Shown here: piece after piece, positions 9,976 to 20,961 of the stretch | How positions within the stretch are numbered: position 1 is the first letter of the stretch | Layout of the letters: each line of letters opens with the position of its first letter | IMG/VR virus record: IMGVR_UViG_3300037493_003061 | Coordinates: 789 to 64,788 of that record | Direction: 5' to 3' (one strand) | Length of the DNA: 64,000 nt | Origin: a virus | Lineage: Duplodnaviria; Caudoviricetes | Notes under the pieces: generated by a model | The model's database searches: none | What the model was told of the DNA's origin: nothing | Seen by the model: only the letters and a program-made list of their open reading frames with translations | Position numbers and translations under genes: made by a program

Positions 9976-12870
9976 TTAAAATTTATATTTAAATATTTGA
10001 TATAATGGTGCATGAAATGTTGACCAAGTAAATGGTCTCCAAGCTAATGTTAATGATTCTAAAGACGCCCGAAACGTATTACGTTGACTTCTTTGAGTCA
10101 TTAAACAAATGTCAGCGTCGGGATAACCAACAATCACTGTTCCCTCACTAACCCAATTATTAGTATTTGGATTCCACATATAAAAAATTCCATCATCAAG
10201 AACAAAACAATATTGACCAAATACCCCCGTTAATGGTAAGTCAATGTAACTCTGAACTTCAGTTAAAAAAACAATATCAAAATCATATTCAGGACCCACA
10301 AAACCTAAATCCTTAAATATTTTTTTACAAGTACAACCTTGTAACATGTTAAATTTATACCATCCAATATTATCAGGACCGTTATAAAAATAATCAGTCG
10401 TATATCTTGATGGTGGTAATGGTGTTGGATATGAGTTGGCTAATGTCACCCGACCTTCGCTTAACGCTAAGTTATATTGGTTTTGGTAATAAAGAAATTC
10501 ATTCAATGAGTCCCTAAATTCTGATTCAACATCATTTGACCCATCACAATCACCAATATAAAAATTAGGCAATTCAGTACATCTACTAGGAATAATCTCA
10601 GTATTATCTAAATAATCAGGACCAAATAAATTATATTGAACTGGCGATATTAACTTAGTATCCGTAGTTTCACAATATTCATTAGTAATCTCACAATTTA
10701 TTGGTTCAAATTCAGGAGTATAACACCCTGTACACGCCTCACATGATATATCATAATATATAACCATATTAATCACAACATCGGCATCATTTAAGGATAC
10801 CTCACTATTACAATCGGTTGTTATAGTCATTTTATTATCATCAATATTAAACGTAACCGAGGATATACCATCATAATTAAGTAACATAGATTCAATCACA
10901 TCGTTCCATTCATTTACCGTTGGATACTCATTTAATGTTGTACCCGTATAAAATTCTTGAGTCGTTGTCACCCCACTTACAGTTATTGAAGCGTCAAATA
11001 TAGATTGATTTAAAACACAATTAAATTCATTTAGAGTCAATTCATTAAACCCTTCCAATAACATTTGTTTAGGTCCTTTAGTCAATAATTCACCATAATT
11101 AGATAAATCAGAATCACACACATTATAAACTTGATATGATGCTACAGAAATATTACCATTAATAGTAACAGTTCTAATTTTTTCACAATTTTGACTATCA
11201 ACAACTTTTAACGTGTAAGTTCCCGCAGATAAACTATTAACACTCATACCTGTTTGACCGTTAACATTTGAACTCCAAGTTAATATAAATGGCGGTTCAC
11301 CACTTGTTATTAAAGCCGTTATAGTACCATTATTACTACCAATTGAGTCAGTAGTCGTTAAAATGAAATCAACATTTGTTGATGGGTTAACATAAAATGT
11401 TATAGTTTGACTACAATTTGACCCATCAGTTACATTAACACTATGTGTTCCTGAAGATAAATTATTAAATGTTGTTGAACTTAATGTAGTTTGAATCGTG
11501 GCACCACCATCTAAAATATACGTAAATGATGGAGTCCCACCTGAAACATTTATCAAAACAGCACCATTATCACCACTACAAGTTGTTCCAGTAGTTGTTG
11601 CACTTAAAATAAATGACGGTATATTATTAATTATATATGTGTTAACATACACACATGAACTCCCATCACTAATAGTTAGAGTATAAGTACCCGAACTTAA
11701 ATTATTAAATGACCACGTTGAGCTTGTTGTTGTTTGAGATATCGTACTACCACCCTCTTTATCTAAAGTATATATAAACGGTGCCGAACCACCAAACAAA
11801 TTAATAACTAATGTACCATCATTATCACTACATGTTGAGTTAGTTGTTGTTATTGAAACAACTGAAAAACTACCAGGAGTTGTTAAATAGGTTGATGCCG
11901 TCGTATTACATAATCCAGCATCGGTTATTTTAATGTTAAAATTACCACTACCTAAATTCGTAAAAGTATATTCTGTACCAAATGATGGACCATTATTTGA
12001 TGAGGTTGAACCCGAATAATAATATGGGCCTGTACCACCTGTTATTACTACAGTGACTTCACCATTTGATTCAAAACAAGATGGTCCCGTTGTAAAAATA
12101 GCGGCAATACCAATCGGTGGAACTTGAGCAACAAATGTTGTTTTACTAATAGAACAACCTGTATTATCCGTCACCATAACACTATAACCACCCGTAGTTA
12201 AACCACTAATACTTGATGTTGTCGCCCCATTAGACCACAAATAAGTATATGGGGGATTACCTGTCAATCCTGTCACAAATATTTTACCTGAATTAACAGC
12301 ACAACCCGCATCATTAACAACATATAACCCATAATCAACCGTTGTTGAATCTTGAATGATTACACTTTCACTTTGTCCCGTACACCCACCACCATCATTA
12401 GCAACAACGTAATAAGTACTGGCCGATAAATTAGTAAATTGATAGTTGGCTGTAACACTTGTTGCTGAAGTTATATAACCATCAACACTATCATATAAGT
12501 AAAAACTAGATTGACCATATAAATTTGATGTAATAGCATTAATACTACCATTATCTAACCCACATAACGTATTTTCAAAACTACTTACCGAAACACAAGT
12601 ACCACTAGATATATAGGTATTAACCGACACAACAGTATTTGTTGGTGAACAACTATCAATTATATTAAATGAATATGTTGACGCTGATAAATTAGTTACC
12701 GTATAACCAGTTACACCAACACCTAAAACTATCGTACCAAATGATACAGGATTTAACCATTGTATTGTATAGTCAGGCGCACTACCAAATATTTGTACTT
12801 CAAAAGCACCATTATTAGTATTTGAACAATCACCAGTAATAATTAAATCATATGTTAAATTACAAGCCAT
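9976..12870 (-). CDS. Multi-SprB-repeat adhesin/fibre-like virion protein
   Basis: About seven repeats of C...NG.I.V..TGG..PY.Y.W/L...F.NLS.GTY...V.D...C. Confidence 0.75.
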   Translation of the reverse strand: MACNLTYDLIITGDCSNTNNGAFEVQIFGSAPDYTIQWLNPVSFGTIVLGVGVTGYTVTNLSASTYSFNIIDSCSPTNTVVSVNTYISSGTCVSVSSFENTLCGLDNGSINAITSNLYGQSSFYLYDSVDGYITSATSVTANYQFTNLSASTYYVVANDGGGCTGQSESVIIQDSTTVDYGLYVVNDAGCAVNSGKIFVTGLTGNPPYTYLWSNGATTSSISGLTTGGYSVMVTDNTGCSISKTTFVAQVPPIGIAAIFTTGPSCFESNGEVTVVITGGTGPYYYSGSTSSNNGPSFGTEYTFTNLGSGNFNIKITDAGLCNTTASTYLTTPGSFSVVSITTTNSTCSDNDGTLVINLFGGSAPFIYTLDKEGGSTISQTTTSSTWSFNNLSSGTYTLTISDGSSCVYVNTYIINNIPSFILSATTTGTTCSGDNGAVLINVSGGTPSFTYILDGGATIQTTLSSTTFNNLSSGTHSVNVTDGSNCSQTITFYVNPSTNVDFILTTTDSIGSNNGTITALITSGEPPFILTWSSNVNGQTGMSVNSLSAGTYTLKVVDSQNCEKIRTVTINGNISVASYQVYNVCDSDLSNYGELLTKGPKQMLLEGFNELTLNEFNCVLNQSIFDASITVSGVTTTQEFYTGTTLNEYPTVNEWNDVIESMLLNYDGISSVTFNIDDNKMTITTDCNSEVSLNDADVVINMVIYYDISCEACTGCYTPEFEPINCEITNEYCETTDTKLISPVQYNLFGPDYLDNTEIIPSRCTELPNFYIGDCDGSNDVESEFRDSLNEFLYYQNQYNLALSEGRVTLANSYPTPLPPSRYTTDYFYNGPDNIGWYKFNMLQGCTCKKIFKDLGFVGPEYDFDIVFLTEVQSYIDLPLTGVFGQYCFVLDDGIFYMWNPNTNNWVSEGTVIVGYPDADICLMTQRSQRNTFRASLESLTLAWRPFTWSTFHAPLYQIFKYKF

Positions 12871-15800
12871 TAATTACATAAAATATTAAAATTTATTCCG
12901 ACATTAATCTTTAAATTAACCCCATTATCATTTTCCGAACAGATGTTATTATAAATAACTACAGTGTTGTTTTCTGTGAGATAATAATCATACCCATACA
13001 TTTTTAACTCGTCTAATGCTTCTATCAATGCGATATCCCAAGCGGTGTTAGTTGTTGGATAACTTAAATTAGGAGTTGTCAACCCAACACCAATAAAGAA
13101 CGGTATTTGTATAATCATAACATCGTTAACTCTAATATCAACATACCACTGAGAATTAAGGGAGTTAATCAAACAGTCATTTAACGTGTATCCGTTATCG
13201 CTTAAATATTGATTTAATAAAAATGCTAACACACCACTAAATTGTTGTACTTGTGGATTCGTATTCCAAGGATATGTTGGACATTCGGTTGATTGTACAG
13301 GACAATCTACTGGAAATATACTTGTCGTCAACGTACATGGTTTACATGGTACCGGCACTATTTCACAACCTCTTTGTCTTCTCCAAACAAATTTTTGTCT
13401 ATGAAATATTGAATTTTCATATTTAACTCCGGTATTCCAAATTGTTGATGCTGGCATCATTTGTTCAACTAATCGTATCCAAAAACTACCTAATCCGTTC
13501 ACGTAATCAATCATTGTTTGATATGAGAAATTATCATTAGAAATACCAATAGCATTTTGTGATTCCAAATATTTCCAATAAATTGAACCTAACGTTGGAT
13601 ATCCACCAACTTTACTACCACTAAACTGTCTGTCTCTAACATTTATCATATTTTGCCAAAACGTTTGGGCAAATTCAAAAAATGTTTGATTTTTTGGTTG
13701 TGGGTTTATCTCTGTCCAATCAACACCACCTTTATTAGGGTAAATATTATTTGGTATTATATTAAAAAATTGAGTTGGTAATATCGTCTCGGAAGTTCCT
13801 GACTTAAAAATAGGACTCGCAGCAACACCATAAGTAATAGCGTTAGGACCAATAACAATATTACTAAACGAACTCGTTAATGTTAAATCACCATAATTAT
13901 CCGGTAATGTTATTTCAGTACTACCTGTGAATGACCCTGAAGTAATTATAACACTTGTAGTTATTTCAATGTCAGGACCTGAAACCACACCTAAAGTATT
14001 TTTAAAATCTAATTTAATGTCAAAATCTTTAGTTATATTTGAAGTAACGTTATAAGTAGCTTTAACCGAACCTGGTTCGTATGTTGCGGCTAAATTTAAC
14101 GTAATAGTTGTCGGTGGAATAAAATTCATCCCTTGGTTTGGGATTGGGTAGTTATATTGTCTAGACATATACCATATGTCATATGCAATCCCTTGTCCAG
14201 GATTTAAAAATAAATCAACGTTTTTAACGTTTAGCACTAATTTGTCATTAGTTGTGTAATACTTAGCATTGTATTTTCCCTCCAAATTGACTCTTAAACC
14301 AACTTCGTTATCTGTCCAACTTTTGTTGTTATCAACATTTATTTTTAACTTATAACCAAGATTCATAAATGGGAATTTACGGAACCTATCTAAATATTCT
14401 TGACCATAAGAATAAGGTATTAACGAAGTTTGGAAATCGGGGTTTGCTCCCGTAAAAACACTTGTCGTTAAATTAACTTGTTCTGGTGCCCTATGGTCAG
14501 GTGTTTGTTCAAACCATCCACTACCCGATTGGAAAAAATAATCGTCAGTGTCTTCAGGTGCCGATGGATAACCATAATCGTCCATAGGAAATTCGTCCCT
14601 ATTAATATTAACATCCTGAATACTATTTTGTGTTGTAAACCCCGTATAAGGAACCCCCATTATTGAGAATGTATATGCCGGGTCTAAAACGGGTGTGTCC
14701 TGTACATATGTACCACCAGATATAGCGGCAAATTGTTTATCAAATTGATTTAAATTAATCTTTTGGTCAGCCAAATAAACATGTTCATTAAATTCAATCA
14801 ACGCTTCAGGAGCCCCAATTAAGGATAATAAAGTTTCAATTGATTTTCTAGTTCCTTTAGATTTAAATAAATACGCTGAATTTAAGACTAAATTTCTATA
14901 GTATTGATAATTTAACTCATCAGGCGTTAATGACGTACTAATACCACTAAAATCCGATTTTTGAGCATTTTTTTGACCAAAAACCGAACTTAATAATTCC
15001 TCATTAGATATTGGAGATATATTAGTTCTCCAACCTAAAGTTTGAGCTAAATTTTTTAATAATTGTGATGGTATATCATTACCAACATTATAATTAACAG
15101 AATTTACGTAAGCTAAGGCATCAATGAATTTTTTTGTTTCATCAAAACTTCGCCCATATATTTGTATAATCTTTTCAACTTTTTGTCCTAACGTGTCAAA
15201 TTCATTAAAAGCACCTGTAGTTAAAAATCTAGATATTAAGTTTGTTTTGTACCCATCAAAATTAGCACTAATTTCATTAAGTTTACTAAGATAAGTTGTA
15301 AATGACGATGATATAATATCAAGATTCCATAGTACACTAATCGGCCATGCAACCGTTTCATATCCCGTATAATAAGTACCATCATCACTAGACATGGGAA
15401 TATTAAATGTTGCGGTATATTTTGGTACTATATTTCTATTTAATAAGAAATTCTCTACTTGGTCTAATTTCTCATTAAATACCCTGTTAACCTCAGAATC
15501 ATTAGGTCTAATAACAAATGAATCATAACTAAAACTACCACCAGAAAAGGGATTACCCTCAACAACAATTGTTAATATACCACTAACTAAAGATTGAGTT
15601 GGGGTTAACCTAAGAACTGAATAACCTTCATCATTTATGTACAACGAATACTTAGCATATTCAACAGTCATATTTCTTAATTGTGATACGGGTATTTCTC
15701 GTAATTCTAAATTTCTAGTTGAGTTAACAGTAAAATCAACACCAAAAGGATTTCTAAATTTTAGAACATTTAAATCAAATGTCGTTACGTTCTGTATAGA

Positions 15801-16229
15801 ATCAAACACTATATTATCAGCCGTCACCCCTGTTGTATAATCAGGAGCAAATACCGTAGATTCAAGACCAGCAGGAAAATAATTAATAATATTTTCAACT
15901 GACGCTGAAATTCTTTTAACCATTGACCCATAAAGGGTAAAGCTGGTTATTTGTGATAAATCAAAATTTGGATAAACTTTAAAATTATTTTCAAAAATAG
16001 CTTTAGATTGTTCAACAGTGTCAATACCTAAACCTTGTAAATTAATAGGGTCTGAAAATACTCCCGTTGAAAACGTTCTATTAACTTTTTCGGTTATAGA
16101 TTCGGTAAATTCAAAATTACCTTGAGTTAACCCACCACCTTGCACTAACTGAAACCCGACTAAATCATCGGAAAATGTTCCAGAACCTGTTGCCGATTGT
16201 GGGGGACAAGTATATTTTTTATTTGCCAT
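12870..16229 (-). CDS. Baseplate wedge subunit (P2 gpI / T4 gp7-like domain)
   Basis: LLKNLAQTLGW ... YRNLVLNSAYLFKSKGTRKSIETLLSLIG motif; baseplate context. Confidence 0.6.
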   Translation of the reverse strand: MANKKYTCPPQSATGSGTFSDDLVGFQLVQGGGLTQGNFEFTESITEKVNRTFSTGVFSDPINLQGLGIDTVEQSKAIFENNFKVYPNFDLSQITSFTLYGSMVKRISASVENIINYFPAGLESTVFAPDYTTGVTADNIVFDSIQNVTTFDLNVLKFRNPFGVDFTVNSTRNLELREIPVSQLRNMTVEYAKYSLYINDEGYSVLRLTPTQSLVSGILTIVVEGNPFSGGSFSYDSFVIRPNDSEVNRVFNEKLDQVENFLLNRNIVPKYTATFNIPMSSDDGTYYTGYETVAWPISVLWNLDIISSSFTTYLSKLNEISANFDGYKTNLISRFLTTGAFNEFDTLGQKVEKIIQIYGRSFDETKKFIDALAYVNSVNYNVGNDIPSQLLKNLAQTLGWRTNISPISNEELLSSVFGQKNAQKSDFSGISTSLTPDELNYQYYRNLVLNSAYLFKSKGTRKSIETLLSLIGAPEALIEFNEHVYLADQKINLNQFDKQFAAISGGTYVQDTPVLDPAYTFSIMGVPYTGFTTQNSIQDVNINRDEFPMDDYGYPSAPEDTDDYFFQSGSGWFEQTPDHRAPEQVNLTTSVFTGANPDFQTSLIPYSYGQEYLDRFRKFPFMNLGYKLKINVDNNKSWTDNEVGLRVNLEGKYNAKYYTTNDKLVLNVKNVDLFLNPGQGIAYDIWYMSRQYNYPIPNQGMNFIPPTTITLNLAATYEPGSVKATYNVTSNITKDFDIKLDFKNTLGVVSGPDIEITTSVIITSGSFTGSTEITLPDNYGDLTLTSSFSNIVIGPNAITYGVAASPIFKSGTSETILPTQFFNIIPNNIYPNKGGVDWTEINPQPKNQTFFEFAQTFWQNMINVRDRQFSGSKVGGYPTLGSIYWKYLESQNAIGISNDNFSYQTMIDYVNGLGSFWIRLVEQMMPASTIWNTGVKYENSIFHRQKFVWRRQRGCEIVPVPCKPCTLTTSIFPVDCPVQSTECPTYPWNTNPQVQQFSGVLAFLLNQYLSDNGYTLNDCLINSLNSQWYVDIRVNDVMIIQIPFFIGVGLTTPNLSYPTTNTAWDIALIEALDELKMYGYDYYLTENNTVVIYNNICSENDNGVNLKINVGINFNILCN

Positions 16230-17137
16230 TATTGTGTTATGTTTGTAAAGTTTTTACTAAAATCAATGTTATCACCTCTATCTTGTCTAACCTCATATAA
16301 TAAACTATTAAATTGGTCCCTAATTTCGTAAAGGTTATATTGTTTGTATATGTTGTTGTTATCGTCGTAAAGAGTATAAACACCATCATCAATTGACTTA
16401 GTTTGATTACCATATAGAGCAATTGCCAATGTTGAGAAATCATGTTCCGCAAGTTCAATGTCCAAAGTTATTGGATTGAAGAATGTGTTCGTTATAATAA
16501 TATTTTGATTAGGCTGACCAATATATGGCGTAGCATTTGGTTTGTTTGTCGGAGCCGATGATGGAGATAACGTACAAAATAATAAATTAGTATTACTATC
16601 TGTGTATCTATATCTAATAGCCTTCTGAGACGAATTCGTTAAATTTTGAACTACAGGTTCACAGAAAAATGATGATGTAATTAACCTAAAAAAGTTAGGT
16701 ACTTTTGTACCGTCAGAATTTAAATATTCAACTCTAAACCCAATTAATCCTTGATTAACAAATTTATTTCTATACTCAGACGGTACCGCATTTAAATCAA
16801 TAACAATTCCTTTAACATTTGGTAGTGAAGATAAAACACCACAATCTAATATTGTCGTTCTTATTTGTGCGGGTCTAACATATAATGTATAAATCCCGAT
16901 TTTGTTAAATTGTTCTGCTGGTAATGTTAAATTATATAAACCACCTAACAATTCAACGTTAGGTGTACCACCAGTTTCATCATTATTAAAATAAGGTTTA
17001 AGTATCGTTTTAGCATCCAATTTTGTTAATACAAAATTGTTAGTTTCATCTCGTGATGCCGTATAATTCAAAATTATCTCAACATCTTCAGGTGAAACAT
17101 CTGCGGGTCTTATAGTACCATAGGTTGAAGTCGCCAT
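16229..17137 (-). CDS. Putative baseplate/virion structural protein
   Basis: Translationally coupled ORF in the baseplate cluster, preceded by TATTTATA. Confidence 0.5.
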   Translation of the reverse strand: MATSTYGTIRPADVSPEDVEIILNYTASRDETNNFVLTKLDAKTILKPYFNNDETGGTPNVELLGGLYNLTLPAEQFNKIGIYTLYVRPAQIRTTILDCGVLSSLPNVKGIVIDLNAVPSEYRNKFVNQGLIGFRVEYLNSDGTKVPNFFRLITSSFFCEPVVQNLTNSSQKAIRYRYTDSNTNLLFCTLSPSSAPTNKPNATPYIGQPNQNIIITNTFFNPITLDIELAEHDFSTLAIALYGNQTKSIDDGVYTLYDDNNNIYKQYNLYEIRDQFNSLLYEVRQDRGDNIDFSKNFTNITQ

Positions 17138-17158
17138 TTTTTATTTAATTACTTTTTT

Positions 17159-17166
17159 TATAAATA
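17159..17166 (-). promoter_or_regulatory. Putative late-promoter motif TATTTATA
   Basis: 22 nt upstream of the start at 17137. Confidence 0.55.
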
Positions 17167-17184
17167 TCTATTCTATTTTTTTAT

Positions 17185-18354
17185 TTAAGTTTTAACGATA
17201 TTGTAAAACTTATATCCATACGTCATAAGTTCACCGATATTATCAATTTCATTTAACCTTTGAACTCTCTCATAAGCACTAACCTTACCTCTATCAATGA
17301 AAACATCACTTTGTATTTCCGGCTCATCAATAACATTTAATAAGACTTCATTTTTTGTTAAACCTAAACAAACTATTGTATCTGAAGTAATACCTGACGA
17401 TTCCACAACAAAAATTGTCGTACCGTCAACATAATCATAGTAATCAATATCATTAATTGTATAGGCGGTATAAGTGTTTGACGCGTCAGGTCCCCAATAT
17501 GTTCCAATATTTCCTGACGTACCTGTTACAGGCACACCTTTTTTAAATTTACCATCATATAAATTAGCTTTATTACCATAAACTTGCAACCCATTAACAT
17601 TTGATGTTGTATAACCAGAAACAATTATAGGATTACTTGATGAGTCATAAATATCTAAATCACAATTAGAATCACCACTAAAAATGTAATCATACATAAT
17701 TGGTGTTCCCGACCAATTCCCTCCGGCAGGAATAAAATAAGCGGTACCTTTAGGATTTGTTATCGTGGCCGCCGAATAAGGTACTGTTATATCTTTTTTA
17801 ATGACATTATAACCCCATGGGCTCATGCCTGACATACTAATAGTGTAATTACCACCCTGAACATAAGTATGACCATAATGATTAGGTGAGAAGTTATTAA
17901 TCGTTTGGGTTATCCCATCCCCCCAATCCACTTTATAATCGGAAAATTTTAAATAACCCAAAGATTGCGTATCTGAAGTATTATAAAAATAATATTCATA
18001 GGGGTTCAATGTTGTTGACGAAAATAAAAAATTATTCATCACATCTTTTTGTAATACCGCACCATCAAAGGTTGAGTAATATCCAATATCAATACATGTT
18101 TCACTAATAAAAATAGGTATTGTTAAACCAGTTAATAAAGACGAACCATTAGTACCACCTGAAAGAATTTCAGTCATTGATGAATAAACATACGTTTGTC
18201 CTGTATAATTTTTAGTTACGGCACTTGTATATATATCACAACAAATTTCCACGTCAAATTCATCATTATACGAATCTCCCGTGTAATTAATTAAAAATAT
18301 ATCACCGTTTATAACTTCAGGCGATATTCTTATATTATATATTCTATCATCCAT
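17185..18354 (-). CDS. Virion structural protein with PKD-like domain
   Basis: YKVDWGDG...HTYVQGGNYTISM PKD signature. Confidence 0.6.
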   Translation of the reverse strand: MDDRIYNIRISPEVINGDIFLINYTGDSYNDEFDVEICCDIYTSAVTKNYTGQTYVYSSMTEILSGGTNGSSLLTGLTIPIFISETCIDIGYYSTFDGAVLQKDVMNNFLFSSTTLNPYEYYFYNTSDTQSLGYLKFSDYKVDWGDGITQTINNFSPNHYGHTYVQGGNYTISMSGMSPWGYNVIKKDITVPYSAATITNPKGTAYFIPAGGNWSGTPIMYDYIFSGDSNCDLDIYDSSSNPIIVSGYTTSNVNGLQVYGNKANLYDGKFKKGVPVTGTSGNIGTYWGPDASNTYTAYTINDIDYYDYVDGTTIFVVESSGITSDTIVCLGLTKNEVLLNVIDEPEIQSDVFIDRGKVSAYERVQRLNEIDNIGELMTYGYKFYNIVKT

Positions 18355-19169
18355 TATGGGTTAACATATTCATACCATTTTATGGGACTACCCGTCCCGA
18401 TTCTATTACCTGAATAATCGTAAAGTTTATAAGTTTTACTATTATAATCCAAAACAACCTTATTATAAAAAAATTTATCATTATCAAAATTAAATTTATT
18501 TGGTAATGATGATTGCGGTGTCGTCATCATTCTAACATAAACACCTTGTTTAGCATCAAAGAATTTAACCGTCATATAAAAAGTATCTAAATCAACAAAC
18601 GTTTTTGATTTTAACCAATAATAGAAAAACCCTTCCCTAACACCACTAGAACCCAGTGAGGGTAAATAATCTAACGTATAACTAGGTTTATTAATTTTCA
18701 CATTTTTAATATATGTTGATAAATCAATAATATTAAAATCACTTTTATTTGAAGGTAGGATAACTGTAAAACTATTAACTTGTTTAATACTATCACGACT
18801 ATCATAGAAATCTAATTTAAAGAACGATTTCAAAAATGGTTTAGACCTAATATACAAATCCGAAACACTAAACCCTTCTGACTCGTAACTAACATTCCAA
18901 TTATTAATAGTTGACGCCGTGACATTAGTCGGATTTCCCGAATAAAAATAGAATTCATAATTTATCTTGGTTTCTTGATATTGTCCATAAGAATCGTGAG
19001 CAAACCTAATCACCTCAAAATCATCAGGTACACCAGTGACAATCTCAATTACCTCATCTTGATATACATCAATACTTTCATCCCTACCTAAGAAATCCCA
19101 CTGCATTTCTATCGGTATTGTAATACTTTGATTAGTACCAGGTACTGTAAATCTATATTTATTATTCAC
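18354..19169 (-). CDS. Putative virion structural protein
   Basis: Overlapping start/stop with neighbours; aromatic beta-rich sequence. Confidence 0.5.
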   Translation of the reverse strand: MNNKYRFTVPGTNQSITIPIEMQWDFLGRDESIDVYQDEVIEIVTGVPDDFEVIRFAHDSYGQYQETKINYEFYFYSGNPTNVTASTINNWNVSYESEGFSVSDLYIRSKPFLKSFFKLDFYDSRDSIKQVNSFTVILPSNKSDFNIIDLSTYIKNVKINKPSYTLDYLPSLGSSGVREGFFYYWLKSKTFVDLDTFYMTVKFFDAKQGVYVRMMTTPQSSLPNKFNFDNDKFFYNKVVLDYNSKTYKLYDYSGNRIGTGSPIKWYEYVNP

Positions 19170-20961
19170 AATTATCAGTTGTTGGTTCCGCCACTACGGT
19201 ATCGTTTATATTATCATAATTACTTCCCTCACCAATTAATCTAAAAATAATATCTCGGTAAGGGTAATGTGTACCATTTAAAAATGGGTAATCTACACCA
19301 TTATTATTTGTGTCAACATAACCATATGGGTACATATCTCTCCAAATAAATTTGTTTTGCAACGTTGAAAAATAAGAATAGTCAGGTAATCCAACAATAT
19401 TTTTAGAATCACCTTCCTCAATATAATCTGAGAACGTCTTTATTTCTAGTGAGTAATGTGGTTTATAATAATAACCTTTGGCACTATTCCCAAATACTGA
19501 TGAAGGTTTAACCCCAATATTAAAATAATACGGATTGAGTTTAAATTTATGATACATATCCGAAATTACTCTTTCAATTTGTTCATAGTTATTCCACTCA
19601 CAATAATCACCATCAATTGTGTCTCCACTACTTAGTGGTTCCACATAAGTAAATGGTCTATTCGGAACCCCTAATGGTGTTGTATAAGTACCCAAAGGTA
19701 AATTAGTGTCGGAATTAACATTCGTATTATCCCACCAAGAACTCGGTGTATTACCTGTCATAGTAGTCGGGGGTATATTAAATCCCCACCCTTGTTTTAA
19801 ACCATAAAAACCACCAGGTTTACTAAGACCAAAAGTCCAACCCATATACCCTTTCCAAACCACAGTAAAAAATAATTCAGATATTGGTCTAAAATGGTTA
19901 TCACGTAATGGTTTAATATCAATATCTTCGTTAAAACTTAAATTATAAACACTATTCCCTTGTTTTAATGAAACCCTTGATTGTTTATTTGGGGTATATG
20001 TTGATTTTTCTAATCGTTTAACTTTGTTAAATATTTGTTGTTCAAATCCAGTTTTAGTTAATACTGAATAATCTTCTTCAGTCAATATTTTATGTTTTCT
20101 AACATAATATTCGGACATAGTATCACCACTATTAGTAATATCTATAATACGTTTAAACGTACCTGTATTACCCGAATTAAATGTCGTACCAGTAAAACCA
20201 ACATCATAAATACTAAAAATAAATTCATCACTACCAAAATACGGGTCACCCAATGAATAAACTTGGAAAGTATCTTGCCCCGAATAATTAATACTTAATT
20301 TAACATATTCACCAACCGATAAACCATGAGTCATCGGACATCTAAATGAAACCACTGTTTGGTTTTGGTCAGTTGACCTATAAACAATAAATGGTAATCC
20401 ATCCGACGCCACCCAATTTAATGTATTATTAGAACGAATATCTAATGCCGACATTGGTTGCGTTTTATTATTATCATAGACATAACTCACGTACACCCCC
20501 CAATTATAAGTTGTCGCACTTTTATTAACAAAGAAATTATGTATTTTATTTGACGAATCAGGAATAGTATAACCCGAAATATTATTATCAGGTCTCATAA
20601 AGTCAAATTCATAAAATTGGGGAAATCCTGAATAACTATCAACCGGATTATTGGAACAAAGATTACCAATAAGTTCATATATATTTTCATAATATAAACT
20701 TGTTTGAAACGGATAATATTTAGTTGTTCCCGAATAAACATTATCAAATAATAATGAAATCTTACTTGTTGGTCTAAAAATAGTTGACGCTTGTCTTTCA
20801 TCATCATACAATTGTTCTAATTGCACGGTTAATGTTCTATCAAACTCAATATTTTCTTTAGCGGTTTGTACTAAAGGAACTTGAAACAATAAATTAGTGT
20901 TGGGCGATGATTTATATCTTAAAGACCCTAAAACAACCCTATTTTCAATTCTACTACCCAT
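19162..20961 (-). CDS. Putative virion structural protein
   Basis: Coupled ORF in the baseplate cluster; HGLSVGEYVKL beta-barrel-like motif. Confidence 0.5.
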   Translation of the reverse strand: MGSRIENRVVLGSLRYKSSPNTNLLFQVPLVQTAKENIEFDRTLTVQLEQLYDDERQASTIFRPTSKISLLFDNVYSGTTKYYPFQTSLYYENIYELIGNLCSNNPVDSYSGFPQFYEFDFMRPDNNISGYTIPDSSNKIHNFFVNKSATTYNWGVYVSYVYDNNKTQPMSALDIRSNNTLNWVASDGLPFIVYRSTDQNQTVVSFRCPMTHGLSVGEYVKLSINYSGQDTFQVYSLGDPYFGSDEFIFSIYDVGFTGTTFNSGNTGTFKRIIDITNSGDTMSEYYVRKHKILTEEDYSVLTKTGFEQQIFNKVKRLEKSTYTPNKQSRVSLKQGNSVYNLSFNEDIDIKPLRDNHFRPISELFFTVVWKGYMGWTFGLSKPGGFYGLKQGWGFNIPPTTMTGNTPSSWWDNTNVNSDTNLPLGTYTTPLGVPNRPFTYVEPLSSGDTIDGDYCEWNNYEQIERVISDMYHKFKLNPYYFNIGVKPSSVFGNSAKGYYYKPHYSLEIKTFSDYIEEGDSKNIVGLPDYSYFSTLQNKFIWRDMYPYGYVDTNNNGVDYPFLNGTHYPYRDIIFRLIGEGSNYDNINDTVVAEPTTDNCE

